Virus record (IMG/VR): IMGVR_UViG_3300035502_000313
Span: 1-64,000 of that record
Reading direction: 5' to 3' (one strand)
Length of the DNA: 64,000 bases
DNA from: a virus
Lineage: Duplodnaviria > Caudoviricetes
In this document: in pieces, positions 30,254 to 40,903 of the stretch
Numbering within the stretch: position 1 is the stretch's first letter
How the letters are laid out: each line of letters begins with the position of its first letter
Translations under genes and position numbers: made by a program
The notes under the pieces: model-generated
Databases searched by the model: none
The model's input: the letters and a program-made list of their open reading frames with translations, nothing else
What the model was told of the DNA's origin: nothing

Positions 30254-30673
30254 TCAGCCGTCTAAGTCATCATCATCGTTTGGTCTATCACCTCTAGGAA
30301 CGTCCTCTTGCGTTTGACTTGATGCTGCATCCTTATCTGAATTTAATATATTGTTGTATATTTGTTTAATATCTACACTGAACCTATCTTTTAGAACCAC
30401 ACATAATGCTTCATAAAGTCCGGTAGATGACAAACCAAGGAATATTAGCAAAATAACTTTAGCAATAATTGATTCGTCTTCAAACGTTCCAGGAATTAAG
30501 AATCCTAGTATAACAGCAATAATAGCATTTATGTAAGGAATGTATTTATTGGGTAATCTTTTAATCGATCCTTTCAAAAACATTCCTACTATAAGACATC
30601 CTAATATTACTATAATACCATTTCCTAAGAATAGATCTGATATATCAGTTAAAATATCATCCAAGTAAATCAT
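30254..30673 (-). CDS. Phage holin
   Basis: Three TM segments, PNKYIPYI and GLSSTGLYE motifs of Firmicutes phage holins; late promoter. Confidence 0.75.
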   Translation of the reverse strand: MIYLDDILTDISDLFLGNGIIVILGCLIVGMFLKGSIKRLPNKYIPYINAIIAVILGFLIPGTFEDESIIAKVILLIFLGLSSTGLYEALCVVLKDRFSVDIKQIYNNILNSDKDAASSQTQEDVPRGDRPNDDDDLDG

Positions 30674-30729
30674 CTCCTTTACATAAATGTTTAAAAAATA
30701 AGGGGAGGTTTTAACACCTCCCCATCTAG

Positions 30730-31134
30730 TTAGAACGGAATATCTTCCTCTAACAAGTCAGTACTATCTTCTTTTTCTTCTTCAATCTGTTGTCTTATAT
30801 TTGTGAATGGGTTCAAATCACTATTAGATGAACTGAGAATCTTATCAGATATAATAGACAATCTATAATTGCTATGTGTAACAGCTTCCAATGCTTCTAT
30901 AACAAAATTTATATCTACGGGATAGACATAATATCCTGCATTACCATTAGGAAGAACAAATAACTGCTTACAACAATTCTTACAATAAGCAGAAATTCTA
31001 TAATGCTCTTCATTCAAATAATTTGGATAGCCATCTTTGTCGAGGGTATAGTCAAAAACCATACCCTCGATAAGATTAATTTCTCCTCCACAAAATGGAC
31101 AACAACCATTTGCTTCTCTGAAAAGTTCTGACAT
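30730..31134 (-). CDS. Zn-ribbon protein
   Basis: CPFCG and CKNC; acidic tail EEDIPF resembling SSB C-termini. Confidence 0.6.
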   Translation of the reverse strand: MSELFREANGCCPFCGGEINLIEGMVFDYTLDKDGYPNYLNEEHYRISAYCKNCCKQLFVLPNGNAGYYVYPVDINFVIEALEAVTHSNYRLSIISDKILSSSNSDLNPFTNIRQQIEEEKEDSTDLLEEDIPF

Positions 31135-31146
31135 ATAATCATCTCC

Positions 31147-31383
31147 TTATTCAGTTTCATATTTGATTTTTCTGATATCACCAGCAACAACAATTCTGGC
31201 ATCAGAATATCTTCTCGAATAAGATTCAGGATCATTAGTCATATGAGTAAACTTTTTATAGTTACCTGACACTAAAACCTTTCCGAGTGATGGATTTCTG
31301 TCTCCGTTTTTAGCAGCGAGCTCCTTAATCTTGTTAAGGTGCTCATTCGAAAACATGAAATATCTTGTATACAGATCTGCCAT
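31147..31383 (-). CDS. Small hypothetical protein
   Basis: 78 aa; GGGAGG RBS. Confidence 0.65.
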   Translation of the reverse strand: MADLYTRYFMFSNEHLNKIKELAAKNGDRNPSLGKVLVSGNYKKFTHMTNDPESYSRRYSDARIVVAGDIRKIKYETE

Positions 31384-31412
31384 AAAATTACCTCCCTTTA
31401 GAAAATCTGTAT

Positions 31413-33134
31413 TTATTTGATTTCTGGATCATTACCTACTGTATAAGGAAGTAAGTTGTTTACCTTATTCAGAATACTATCGATAAACTCTTTTCCTTCA
31501 GCAGTACCAAGAACTTCTTCTTTTGTTTTGAATATAGATGAGATACTATATATCTTTCTATACTCATCAATTACTTTGTCTTGTTCTTCTCTCCAATTAC
31601 AAGGTTCCTGATAATCACCAAGATACATTCCATCATTAAGATCTACATACGGACATATAAGACCTGTCATACCAGGATCACCTGCAGGAGAAGTATCACA
31701 ATCCACTTTACCAATATGACTTACATTAGCAAGTCTATATTTTACAGGGACTGCACTTGCTTTATTCTCTCCAATTCCAGATACACCTTTGAAAGTATAT
31801 TTAAGAACAGAGAAAGTATCATCATCATTAACTCCATTCTTATACGATACAAGATTACTTCTCTTAAGCGAATCAAGAATGAATTCATGAGGAATACACA
31901 ATGCTTTATATAACTTTTCAACAGTTAAACTGTTTCTTGAGTTAGTAGCACTGATCAGATTTCTTGTAAGTTTAGCTGCATAGAAACCAGCAATATATGA
32001 TGAGATTCTAAGTTTCTTATATGTCATATCATAGTTGTCTTTATTCCATAAAGCATCAAACTCATACATTTCCCATCTGAGTACATCAAGTAATGTTCTT
32101 TTCTCATCATCAGGAAGTTTAAGTCCTTCTTTCATGATAAGTGAATAGTTCTTAGATACAGAGTCAAGCATAGCAAGACCCTTATCAACAGACTTATTCT
32201 TAAAGTCACTACCAAGCATCATTAACCAATAGTCCTTTGGATATATCTTTTCTATATCAGTACATTTCTTTGGACTATTCATAAGAACAGCATATATGAA
32301 TGACTGAGTAACTGGACTATTGTCCCAAACCATAAATGGTACAGAAATGTATACATTGTCTTTTACAAATGTAACAAACTGTTCATTAGGATGATAAGGC
32401 TTATCTGTTGTCAGATATATCTCAGCAAGATTGAGATAGTTCATAGCACCAACAAGACCATAATTTGCAAGGAAATACTTACAAAGAGGTATGTTATTTC
32501 CAAACAAATCTGTTGTGTAATTAATACACTGAACTGTTATAAAGTCAAGAGATCCATCATCATTATAAACTACTTGATTGATTTTGGATTTCTTTTCATA
32601 TACAACATGTTTCTGGAACTCTTGTCTAAAAGATACACAACGTACTTTCTTCTTAGACTGAGAGTTATTGTAAGTTGATGCATCTGCAATCTGATATAAT
32701 GTGCTATAAATAGTACCACTTATTCTAAAGTAATACTTATTGATGACCTTAGGAATATCAATATATACAGATGCATTCATTGGTGAACCATTTACTTCAA
32801 GATGATAATTGACTTCAAGAAGAATGATATCACTATCTTTGAGATTAATATAATCATGAATATTATATTCTATTCTCTTGTTTCTTCTATTAGCATCAGA
32901 TTCTAAATCATAAACGATTTTACTTACTTCTCTATAATCATCAATAACTCTAAAGTAATTGACTCCTATAAATACTTGTTCAGCATTCTCATTAATGTTT
33001 GTAGGAGATGCTACAGACATGATAATCTTTTTAATATCTTCAATGATATCATACTCACTTCTTACAAAAAGATTATCATTAAATTGTTTACGGTGACTTT
33101 CTGAATATTTAGCTAGTGTCTCTCTAATACCCAT
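31413..33134 (-). CDS. Non-virion RNA polymerase beta subunit, N-terminal part
   Basis: YFRISG, LKYTFKGVSGIG, SHIGKVDCDTSPAGDPGMTGLI match beta N-half motifs. Confidence 0.85.
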   Translation of the reverse strand: MGIRETLAKYSESHRKQFNDNLFVRSEYDIIEDIKKIIMSVASPTNINENAEQVFIGVNYFRVIDDYREVSKIVYDLESDANRRNKRIEYNIHDYINLKDSDIILLEVNYHLEVNGSPMNASVYIDIPKVINKYYFRISGTIYSTLYQIADASTYNNSQSKKKVRCVSFRQEFQKHVVYEKKSKINQVVYNDDGSLDFITVQCINYTTDLFGNNIPLCKYFLANYGLVGAMNYLNLAEIYLTTDKPYHPNEQFVTFVKDNVYISVPFMVWDNSPVTQSFIYAVLMNSPKKCTDIEKIYPKDYWLMMLGSDFKNKSVDKGLAMLDSVSKNYSLIMKEGLKLPDDEKRTLLDVLRWEMYEFDALWNKDNYDMTYKKLRISSYIAGFYAAKLTRNLISATNSRNSLTVEKLYKALCIPHEFILDSLKRSNLVSYKNGVNDDDTFSVLKYTFKGVSGIGENKASAVPVKYRLANVSHIGKVDCDTSPAGDPGMTGLICPYVDLNDGMYLGDYQEPCNWREEQDKVIDEYRKIYSISSIFKTKEEVLGTAEGKEFIDSILNKVNNLLPYTVGNDPEIK

Positions 33135-33138
33135 AATA

Positions 33139-33849
33139 TCAACCTCCTAACTTTATTGGTCCCTTTGCAGATATAGCGTCATTGATATAATTTACGTAAG
33201 CATCATCATTGACACCATCACCTATCCAAGGGAACACAAGAGTTTTACCAATTGGATTTGCTACATCAGGAGTCATATCCTGAATGACAAGAGTAACTCT
33301 TACATCAGTATTAGACAGAATAGATTCTGCTTTGCCTGCTGTAATACTCTTTCCGTTAAATTTACGTTTATCATTATTGAAATCAGAACCAAAACGTTCT
33401 GCATAATTATTGATATTACACTGCTTAGCAGCTATAGCTGACTTTACAGCAAACATCAATGCAGTATCTTGGGACTGATCCATATGAGGAATAAACACAT
33501 CATCATTAGAAATAAGATGATTATACTCATCCTCATAAAGTTTTTCTTTAGCCTGAAGAATATCTTGGAATGATTCAGCATCACCAAAATATGCAAGGTG
33601 ACAATCTGAATATATCTGAGCATCTTCTTCTGTAAAAGGAATAATTAAATTATAACCAATAGAATCAAAATATGCTCCTGGTTTAATATAATTACCATTG
33701 GGTGACTGAAGATATATTGGTAAGATATATCCCATATAATGAACTGCTAAAGTTCCATTATAATACTGAATATATTCTGTTGTTAGTTCATCGAGATTTA
33801 TTACATTATAAATCTTTCCATTAACGAAAGCTTTATTTAGTGCCTTCAT
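33139..33849 (-). CDS. Hypothetical protein in nvRNAP operon
   Basis: ~236 aa; GAGGAG RBS before ATG 33849. Confidence 0.65.
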   Translation of the reverse strand: MKALNKAFVNGKIYNVINLDELTTEYIQYYNGTLAVHYMGYILPIYLQSPNGNYIKPGAYFDSIGYNLIIPFTEEDAQIYSDCHLAYFGDAESFQDILQAKEKLYEDEYNHLISNDDVFIPHMDQSQDTALMFAVKSAIAAKQCNINNYAERFGSDFNNDKRKFNGKSITAGKAESILSNTDVRVTLVIQDMTPDVANPIGKTLVFPWIGDGVNDDAYVNYINDAISAKGPIKLGG

Positions 33850-33930
33850 TTTAATCACTCCTCTTTTTTATTAAAAATAAACACCTGCTGACAATCAGCC
33901 AGCAGGTGCCTATAGATTAGGGAATATCTA

Positions 33931-34671
33931 TTATGAATTCAGGTCATTGCAACCTTTAGCGATTGCCTTCATTTCTTCCCCAAACTGTACTGACATTTTC
34001 TTGATGTCCTTAACAACTTCTACCGAAGCGATAGCTACTGTCTTGAGACGGCTATCATATTCTTCTGCAGAAATATTTTCGTACTTACCAATGTAATCGG
34101 TAATTACGAGTTCCTGTACTTCATCAGCAGATGCATTTACATCAAGCCAATGATACAGAGTTTCGAATACCTGAATTGTCATTACGTAAATCATCTCTTC
34201 AGATGAGATACTGTAATTATGAGCTGTCAGCATCTCTGCGATGAACAACTCCCAATACTTCATGTTCTTAGATTCGTCTACGAAATCTGTGTAGTTAACG
34301 ATATGTGATTTATCGATACCACTGATTTCACTTGAATCAAACGTTACGTTGAAGAAGTAGTTCTCTCCTTCAGCATCGTAATCACTGATAGCTGCAGCGA
34401 TTACTTCTCCAGATTCTTTCTGGAATACAAGTGCACTCTTTGCTTTGCACTTGAAGAAACTGCTACTGAGAATAGAAGCAATTGTCTTAAAGACATTGCC
34501 GAATACATCAGTAGATGAATTGAAATGAGTTACAGGATTAGGATTAAGCATAAGCTCAACCTTGTATGTCTCGCCTGTAATCTTGTCTTTGAAAGTAGGA
34601 GCTGCTGATTCTACAGCTGCCTTGAAAGACTGCGGTAATGATGAATTTCTTAAATTTGTGATGTTTGCCAT
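33931..34671 (-). CDS. Hypothetical early protein
   Basis: 246 aa; AGGAGG RBS; own terminator 33882-33910. Confidence 0.65.
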   Translation of the reverse strand: MANITNLRNSSLPQSFKAAVESAAPTFKDKITGETYKVELMLNPNPVTHFNSSTDVFGNVFKTIASILSSSFFKCKAKSALVFQKESGEVIAAAISDYDAEGENYFFNVTFDSSEISGIDKSHIVNYTDFVDESKNMKYWELFIAEMLTAHNYSISSEEMIYVMTIQVFETLYHWLDVNASADEVQELVITDYIGKYENISAEEYDSRLKTVAIASVEVVKDIKKMSVQFGEEMKAIAKGCNDLNS

Positions 34672-34782
34672 TTTGAATGACCTCCTATTTAATAATGTTT
34701 ATATTCATAGAATCAGGACAAGTCCATCTTCTAATCGTATTTATTATATACATTTATCTTTAAGTTTAAGACTTGTTAATTT

Positions 34783-37116
34783 TTAAACTTCTCTAAGGTA
34801 TGACACCTCATTAAGTTTGAACTCATCCAAAGTTATAATCTTTATTTTATGACTTGGATTTGTGTTGTTATATTCCATTGCTTTGGATACTTTTGTAGAT
34901 GAGAATCCATTGAACGGAATAATCAAGATATCTGTTGACTTTGTAACAGAACCTTCTGAACAATCATGACCTTCTGCTGTCAATCTCATTTCAAGTTCTT
35001 TGTCTCTTACACCACTGAATCTAATAACTTTACCTACAGTAATAGCAGTATCGTTATTACCTTTACTCATAATTACATTAGGCATATTATAGATATATAC
35101 TAAATCTTTTTGAAAGAACTTTCTTTCATTAAGAATCGTAGATGATGTCTTAGGACCAATTCCCTTTCCACTATTATTGAGCTTGAAGAACAGAGCTGTA
35201 TCAGACTCTGTGATGATTTCGTTAAGTGTAACTGATTTGAGAATGGCTTTCCATTTAGCTACACCAATATCAGAAAATCCAAGAGCTCCAAGAATATTAA
35301 AATCTGGTGCTTTTGAATTATAGAGGTATTCTATAGAGTCGATAAGATTCTTAGCATTAGTAGGACCAAGAATAGATGCTCTTTCCTCTGTAAGTGTCAT
35401 AAGGTCAGAGAAAGATTGAATCTTAAGGGTCTTTAAAGCTTCTTCAGAGAATCCCTTAAATCCAAGTTTCTTTACCATATTAACAAGTCTAGCGATTGTT
35501 CTTCCAGGGCAAGCTATATTAGAGCAACAAACACTCTTACTTGTCTGAGATAATGTTAGAGGAGTTCCACATTCTGGACAATTCTGAATAAATTGAATTG
35601 GTGGAAGTGGATTATACATATTTTCTTCAACATTAGCTTTATGCACATATGCCATTACATCATTAGTAAATTCAATCTCTAGAATATCATTAGGTCTGAG
35701 ATTTAATTCCATGAATCTTGCATATGAATGACCAGAGCTTTTTGTATTAATCATACCATAAAACTCCACTGGATCATAGTGAATCATCGGTGTAATATCA
35801 CCAGTGGCTCCTACAGTATAACTAATTCCTCTACAACGAGTAAGCTTCTTCTTTGTCTGAAACTTAATTGCTATAGAATATTCATTGATAGAATTACTTC
35901 TACCAAGAGTCTTTCTAATCTGAGGATTAAGATAAGATACTACTACACCATCATACATAAATGGCATAACTTCTCTCATATTCTGAGCTTCGTCAACAAA
36001 CTTCTTTACTTGAAATAGAACCTCATTATAGTTTCCTCTGATTACCACATGACGACAGATCTCACCAGTTGAATAATACTTATTCATAAAAGCAAGTTCT
36101 TCGTCTCTTGTCATATTATCATGACTTGTCTGAAGTGGAACAAGTGTAATATACTTAGCATACTTTGCTGCTTCAGAATTACCAAGAATTCCGATTATAG
36201 CATTTCTAGCATTTGCATAAGTCTTACCACATTCAATACTCAATTCTCTAAGAGCATTATAAGAAATTACAGCTTCGAATTTCATACCAAAAGGAGTAAT
36301 ATCATATCCCTTAGCATGAGTAAAGGTATATCCTTGTAATATAGGAGTTAAGTCAGATGCTTTGTCAGTTTGAGTTTCTCCTCTAGTTCTTGCAGTCAAA
36401 ACTCTATCAGTAACTTCAGCTTCAATAGAAACTCCATCATACTTGAGTTCGAGAACAAGTTCAATATAGTTAGGATTTACAATTCCTTCTTGAACATGTT
36501 TTCTAAGAAAGTCTCTTTCAAAGATTCTTACATTAGAGTCATCATATACTCCAACGTTAATTGCTTCTTGATCGAGAACAAACTTTGCCTTGTGGAGAGT
36601 ACCAACAAGTTGAGGATATTTATGATTAGTATTTCTCAATCTCTTGGAAACTACTTTAATTCCTCCATTGTCGATAATAGACTTGCCATAATAAACCTTC
36701 TCAGAAAGACAATCTTTAAACAAGAAGTTATTCGTATCTACATAAGGCTGAAATACAAATAACTGTTCTTTCTCATCTTCACCTTCTACATATTGAGTAT
36801 TAGATTGAGATACATTAAGGTTATCGAAGTGAACAGGTTCAGCTCCAACTTGAAAGTTTGGATTATATCTCTTATACTTCTCCAGAAGTAAATCATATAC
36901 CCCATCCTCAAGAACAAGTATACTTCTATCTGTATTGTTATAGATGATATTAGAAATATGAAGAATATCATCAATTACGTTTTCCTCTACTTTTGTCAGA
37001 GGTTCTTTATTGATAAGATTTAATACCATATAATTGATATTAGCAATTGCATCCTGCGTTAAACAGGATGCATCACCTTTCAATAAATTTTCGACGATAG
37101 TATGTGTAGGTGTCAT
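34783..37116 (-). CDS. ligA: NAD-dependent DNA ligase
   Basis: YDLLL, ELKYDG, TRG, NARNA, DGVVV, IAIKF, CPECG Zn finger, HhH, BRCT. Confidence 0.93.
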   Translation of the reverse strand: MTPTHTIVENLLKGDASCLTQDAIANINYMVLNLINKEPLTKVEENVIDDILHISNIIYNNTDRSILVLEDGVYDLLLEKYKRYNPNFQVGAEPVHFDNLNVSQSNTQYVEGEDEKEQLFVFQPYVDTNNFLFKDCLSEKVYYGKSIIDNGGIKVVSKRLRNTNHKYPQLVGTLHKAKFVLDQEAINVGVYDDSNVRIFERDFLRKHVQEGIVNPNYIELVLELKYDGVSIEAEVTDRVLTARTRGETQTDKASDLTPILQGYTFTHAKGYDITPFGMKFEAVISYNALRELSIECGKTYANARNAIIGILGNSEAAKYAKYITLVPLQTSHDNMTRDEELAFMNKYYSTGEICRHVVIRGNYNEVLFQVKKFVDEAQNMREVMPFMYDGVVVSYLNPQIRKTLGRSNSINEYSIAIKFQTKKKLTRCRGISYTVGATGDITPMIHYDPVEFYGMINTKSSGHSYARFMELNLRPNDILEIEFTNDVMAYVHKANVEENMYNPLPPIQFIQNCPECGTPLTLSQTSKSVCCSNIACPGRTIARLVNMVKKLGFKGFSEEALKTLKIQSFSDLMTLTEERASILGPTNAKNLIDSIEYLYNSKAPDFNILGALGFSDIGVAKWKAILKSVTLNEIITESDTALFFKLNNSGKGIGPKTSSTILNERKFFQKDLVYIYNMPNVIMSKGNNDTAITVGKVIRFSGVRDKELEMRLTAEGHDCSEGSVTKSTDILIIPFNGFSSTKVSKAMEYNNTNPSHKIKIITLDEFKLNEVSYLREV

Positions 37117-37121
37117 ACTTA

Positions 37122-39359
37122 TCAATCTCCTTTTATAAATAATTTATCATGGTTCTGACCAGCTTCAGTAAACAAAGCTTTATAATTATTATTATCATTT
37201 GCATATACAAATAACTTAGCTTCGTTTCTTCCACCAGGTACGAACAACATATCCTTATTCCAATCAAAGAAATGGAACAGCATTGAATCATCTGCATTAT
37301 GTCCGATTTCTTTATATTTAATTGGAATCTTCTTGAATTCGAATTTATGTCCCATACACTTGATAATTGTATTGAGCATCTCTGCACTACGAGACTTACA
37401 ATCTTCATCAAGTTCGACATTAAATTCATAACTTTCGAGCATCTGTCCAGCACATCTTCTTCCTTGAGGTGATGTACTGTATACCATAAGATTCTTTATC
37501 TGGATTTCTGCTCCCATAAGGAAGAACAGAGAATCTTCCATTTCACCAAATCTTATAGGTGTATTAGAATGAACTCTAATAAACATCTTAGCTGCTTTTG
37601 ATTTAGAGTTAAGACATCTAACGTTAGTAGCAGACATAGCAGTAGCAGAATGTTTTTCTTCAGCATTCTGTTTCATTCTATAGATATACTGTCTTGCTAC
37701 AATAGAAGGTTTCTTACTCTGAACAAATCTAATCTGTCCTCTAGAACCCTTAATAGGAACATCAATGAATACCGGTTTAATCCATGGGAATTCATTATAC
37801 AGTTCTATCAAAGTATCAAGAGTAATAGATTCTGAGATAGGTTCAAGTGGTAGATATAAACCATCACTGTGTTCTGTAATCCAATCTGTAATAGTAAAGA
37901 TTACTTCATCATCATTAATGCAACTTTCAATTTCATCAATGAAGAATTTAGCCCAATCATCAGAAAGTATACCGAGAAACTTATGAATTAACTCAGTACA
38001 CATTTCTACATCTGTTGGAACTGAAAGGATAAACTTAGTGATATTGTTTGATATAAAGTTTAATGACAGTTCGAACAACTGACCTGGATTCAGACGGTTT
38101 ACACAAGTAGCCTGATTCCAAATAATATCAATTGTATCGTCTGTACCAGATACTCTAGGCATAAGATTATCTGGAATAACTTTTGATATAACTCCCTTAC
38201 CACCATATCTGGAAGTTACTTTATCACCAACTTCAAGTGGTGCTTTACGATATACAGTAAGCTCTATAACAATATTAGAGAATATATTATCTTTGAAGTA
38301 TTGTTTACCACTGATAACTTTCTCACAAGTTGTATAAAGCTGACTAAGTTCGTAACTCTTTTTGTACATAGAGTTATCGATAAAATCTCTCAAGAGTTCT
38401 ACAACTTCAGAACAGAATCTCTTATAGTCTCTATCATAATATGCTAGTTGACCTTCATAAATTCCATTAGCAGAAGTAGCGATATCTTTATTACAATAAA
38501 CATTGATATCGATTATACGTCCTTTAGTCTTGAAAGTTGTATCATTAATCATAGGGACTTTCAATCTTTCTGCGGACTGAGTAAAGAAGATTTCATCGTT
38601 TCTTTCCGTTCTGGTACCGCATATTATTCCATTCTTGATTTCTTCACCAATATCTGGAATAATCTTATATACAGTATCATCACCATAAAGATTAAGCGGA
38701 ATATCATTGTCATTTATGAGAATGGTAATCTTCTTAATCTCTGGTCTTGATAATGCTATTGCTGCTGACTCAGCAATTTCAATTGCGTCTTCTGTTGTAT
38801 TGGAATCTGAAATGTATGCTGCATTAAGATTCCTACCAGTCATATAGTTGTCAGCTATATCAAAAGACATTGATTTCTTAACAGTCTGGTTTTCAGTTAT
38901 AACGCTTCCTACTGAAAGACTATCAAGATAAGTGTTATTATACAGAAATCCATAAGACTCTGTATTATGACAATAAGACACTCTCTCAATTACATCGAGA
39001 TTGTTATTGTCGTCTGTAACAAAAAGAAAGTAATGGTGTCCTGGTAAGTTAGAGAATTTTTCAATCTTACCTACTACTCTCCATTGTCTGTCACTTTTGA
39101 CAAACGCAGAACTACGTTGTCCAAAAAGATTTTCATATCCTGTGCTTATATAAGGAACCTCAGGATTTTCAAGGCATACCTTCTGTTGGTATTGACTTGA
39201 GAACATGTTTTTTCTTGATGCGGAATTAGTACACTCGAACGGCATGTTAAGACCAATACCGAGTATCTTTTCCATGTTGCCATCATTATACTTTTCTGAC
39301 GCTGCTATGATATGTTTATCAATATCAGGATCGTCATATAATTTTGTATAAACCTGCAT
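37122..39359 (-). CDS. Non-virion RNA polymerase beta subunit, C-terminal part
   Basis: SRKNMFSSQYQQ, TTEDAIEI, GDKVTSRYGGKGVIS, NRLNPGQ, RFGEMED. Confidence 0.9.
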   Translation of the reverse strand: MQVYTKLYDDPDIDKHIIAASEKYNDGNMEKILGIGLNMPFECTNSASRKNMFSSQYQQKVCLENPEVPYISTGYENLFGQRSSAFVKSDRQWRVVGKIEKFSNLPGHHYFLFVTDDNNNLDVIERVSYCHNTESYGFLYNNTYLDSLSVGSVITENQTVKKSMSFDIADNYMTGRNLNAAYISDSNTTEDAIEIAESAAIALSRPEIKKITILINDNDIPLNLYGDDTVYKIIPDIGEEIKNGIICGTRTERNDEIFFTQSAERLKVPMINDTTFKTKGRIIDINVYCNKDIATSANGIYEGQLAYYDRDYKRFCSEVVELLRDFIDNSMYKKSYELSQLYTTCEKVISGKQYFKDNIFSNIVIELTVYRKAPLEVGDKVTSRYGGKGVISKVIPDNLMPRVSGTDDTIDIIWNQATCVNRLNPGQLFELSLNFISNNITKFILSVPTDVEMCTELIHKFLGILSDDWAKFFIDEIESCINDDEVIFTITDWITEHSDGLYLPLEPISESITLDTLIELYNEFPWIKPVFIDVPIKGSRGQIRFVQSKKPSIVARQYIYRMKQNAEEKHSATAMSATNVRCLNSKSKAAKMFIRVHSNTPIRFGEMEDSLFFLMGAEIQIKNLMVYSTSPQGRRCAGQMLESYEFNVELDEDCKSRSAEMLNTIIKCMGHKFEFKKIPIKYKEIGHNADDSMLFHFFDWNKDMLFVPGGRNEAKLFVYANDNNNYKALFTEAGQNHDKLFIKGD

Positions 39360-39463
39360 TTTTATTTACCTCCTATACTTATAATATGAGATTGTATGAA
39401 GATGATCGCTCATCTTCATACACATATATAATATACACTCATATTTTATTTTCACATAAATCG

Positions 39464-40747
39464 TTATGAAATAGTATTCATTCTTCTTACTCTATCTACA
39501 ATAGAACTAGTTGCAGAACTACGCTGTATTTTAGAAATCTGTTCCATCTGAGAAAGTTCAGCATATAAATACTTATAGCATTCTTCAATAAAGATATTGA
39601 GGAATTCTTCATCACTAAACAATTTATCCTTAAACTGTTTCTGAGAGAACTTTTTATCATCTCTATCAGCAAGATATAAATAAGCACCTGCACCTTTAAC
39701 TCTACCAGCATTCTTAAGCATCATATACAATGAAAGGTCAGCATCGAATCCAGTAGCATAGTTAAATATCAAATCTACAGCAGAACTCATACCACTCATA
39801 CCTGCTCTTGATTTAACATTCGATACAATAACATGAATACCATCAATACCGAATTCCTTATCAGATGTCAGTTTATCACCATCATCTAATCTGAATACCA
39901 TGTTAGCAAGATATAAAGGTGTTACACCACCAGGAAGTGTCTCATCCTGTTTAAGGAATGCTGTTTGAGATTTAGAATGTTTAAATGCATTAATCTCAAC
40001 TTTCTGAGTTATATGGTTAACTGCAAGAATAATGATATTAGCTTCTTTAATAAGCTGATTACATCTTCTAAATAACTGAGCTAACTGTTTAGCAGTAGCA
40101 GTTGTAGACATCTGACCACTAAGTTGTTCCTCTTCAGAAAGTTTAGCAGAAGTAAGAAGAGGAATAGAATCTATAATATATACAGTAGGTTGGAATTTTG
40201 TAATCGGTTTTCCAGAGCTATCTATCAATCCTGTATCGTAACGGAATTTTTCTTCATTAGCAACCTTTACATCATGAATAGCCTTAATCTGAAGATATAC
40301 AGATTCGATTGTTATACCTGCATTTCTTACCTTAACTCTTGAACGAAAATCTTCTTTAGAAAAACCAGTAAGAACACAGCCACGGTCTTCCATCATACCA
40401 CCTTCAAGTAAGTCGATAAACATAATACCATGTTCAAATGGTCTTATGATATTAGCTCCAATCTGATAAGTTATTGTAGATTTACCACAACCGGAACGAC
40501 CGATAAACATATTAAGTGTACCATCAAGAATTCCAATAGAATCATAAGAAGCTACATTACCATCCTTTAATTTTACATTTACTCTATGTCCGTTCTTATA
40601 ATCCAGTGGAAGAAAACCTGTAGGATACTGAATATCATTTTCAGCTCTTCTACTAACAGATGAGTCCTTTGTTTTTAATAACACTTCGTCGATTTCAGAC
40701 ATTAAGTTATTGTCTTCATTAATTTCAATTGAATTGTTTTTAGCCAT
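39464..40747 (-). CDS. RecA/UvsX-like recombinase
   Basis: PTGFLPLD, GRSGCGKST, IIDSIP, VNHI, PGG, KSRAG. Confidence 0.85.
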   Translation of the reverse strand: MAKNNSIEINEDNNLMSEIDEVLLKTKDSSVSRRAENDIQYPTGFLPLDYKNGHRVNVKLKDGNVASYDSIGILDGTLNMFIGRSGCGKSTITYQIGANIIRPFEHGIMFIDLLEGGMMEDRGCVLTGFSKEDFRSRVKVRNAGITIESVYLQIKAIHDVKVANEEKFRYDTGLIDSSGKPITKFQPTVYIIDSIPLLTSAKLSEEEQLSGQMSTTATAKQLAQLFRRCNQLIKEANIIILAVNHITQKVEINAFKHSKSQTAFLKQDETLPGGVTPLYLANMVFRLDDGDKLTSDKEFGIDGIHVIVSNVKSRAGMSGMSSAVDLIFNYATGFDADLSLYMMLKNAGRVKGAGAYLYLADRDDKKFSQKQFKDKLFSDEEFLNIFIEECYKYLYAELSQMEQISKIQRSSATSSIVDRVRRMNTIS

Positions 40748-40814
40748 ACTAAAACCTCCTAACGTACCCACTGAGGTACGATTATTTTATTAAATAGTTT
40801 TTGATAGAGTAAAT

Positions 40815-40888
40815 ATTAACCACCACAACAATAAAGTTGTGGTGGTTTTGATAATATTTATAAATGGTGTGTGAAACCCTTTTATATT
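40815..40888 (-). ncRNA. Candidate late small RNA C
   Basis: Late promoter 40887-40899, no ORF, terminator AACCACCACAAC/GTTGTGGTGGTT. Confidence 0.4.
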
Positions 40889-40903
40889 ATTTATATGTTA
40901 TCG

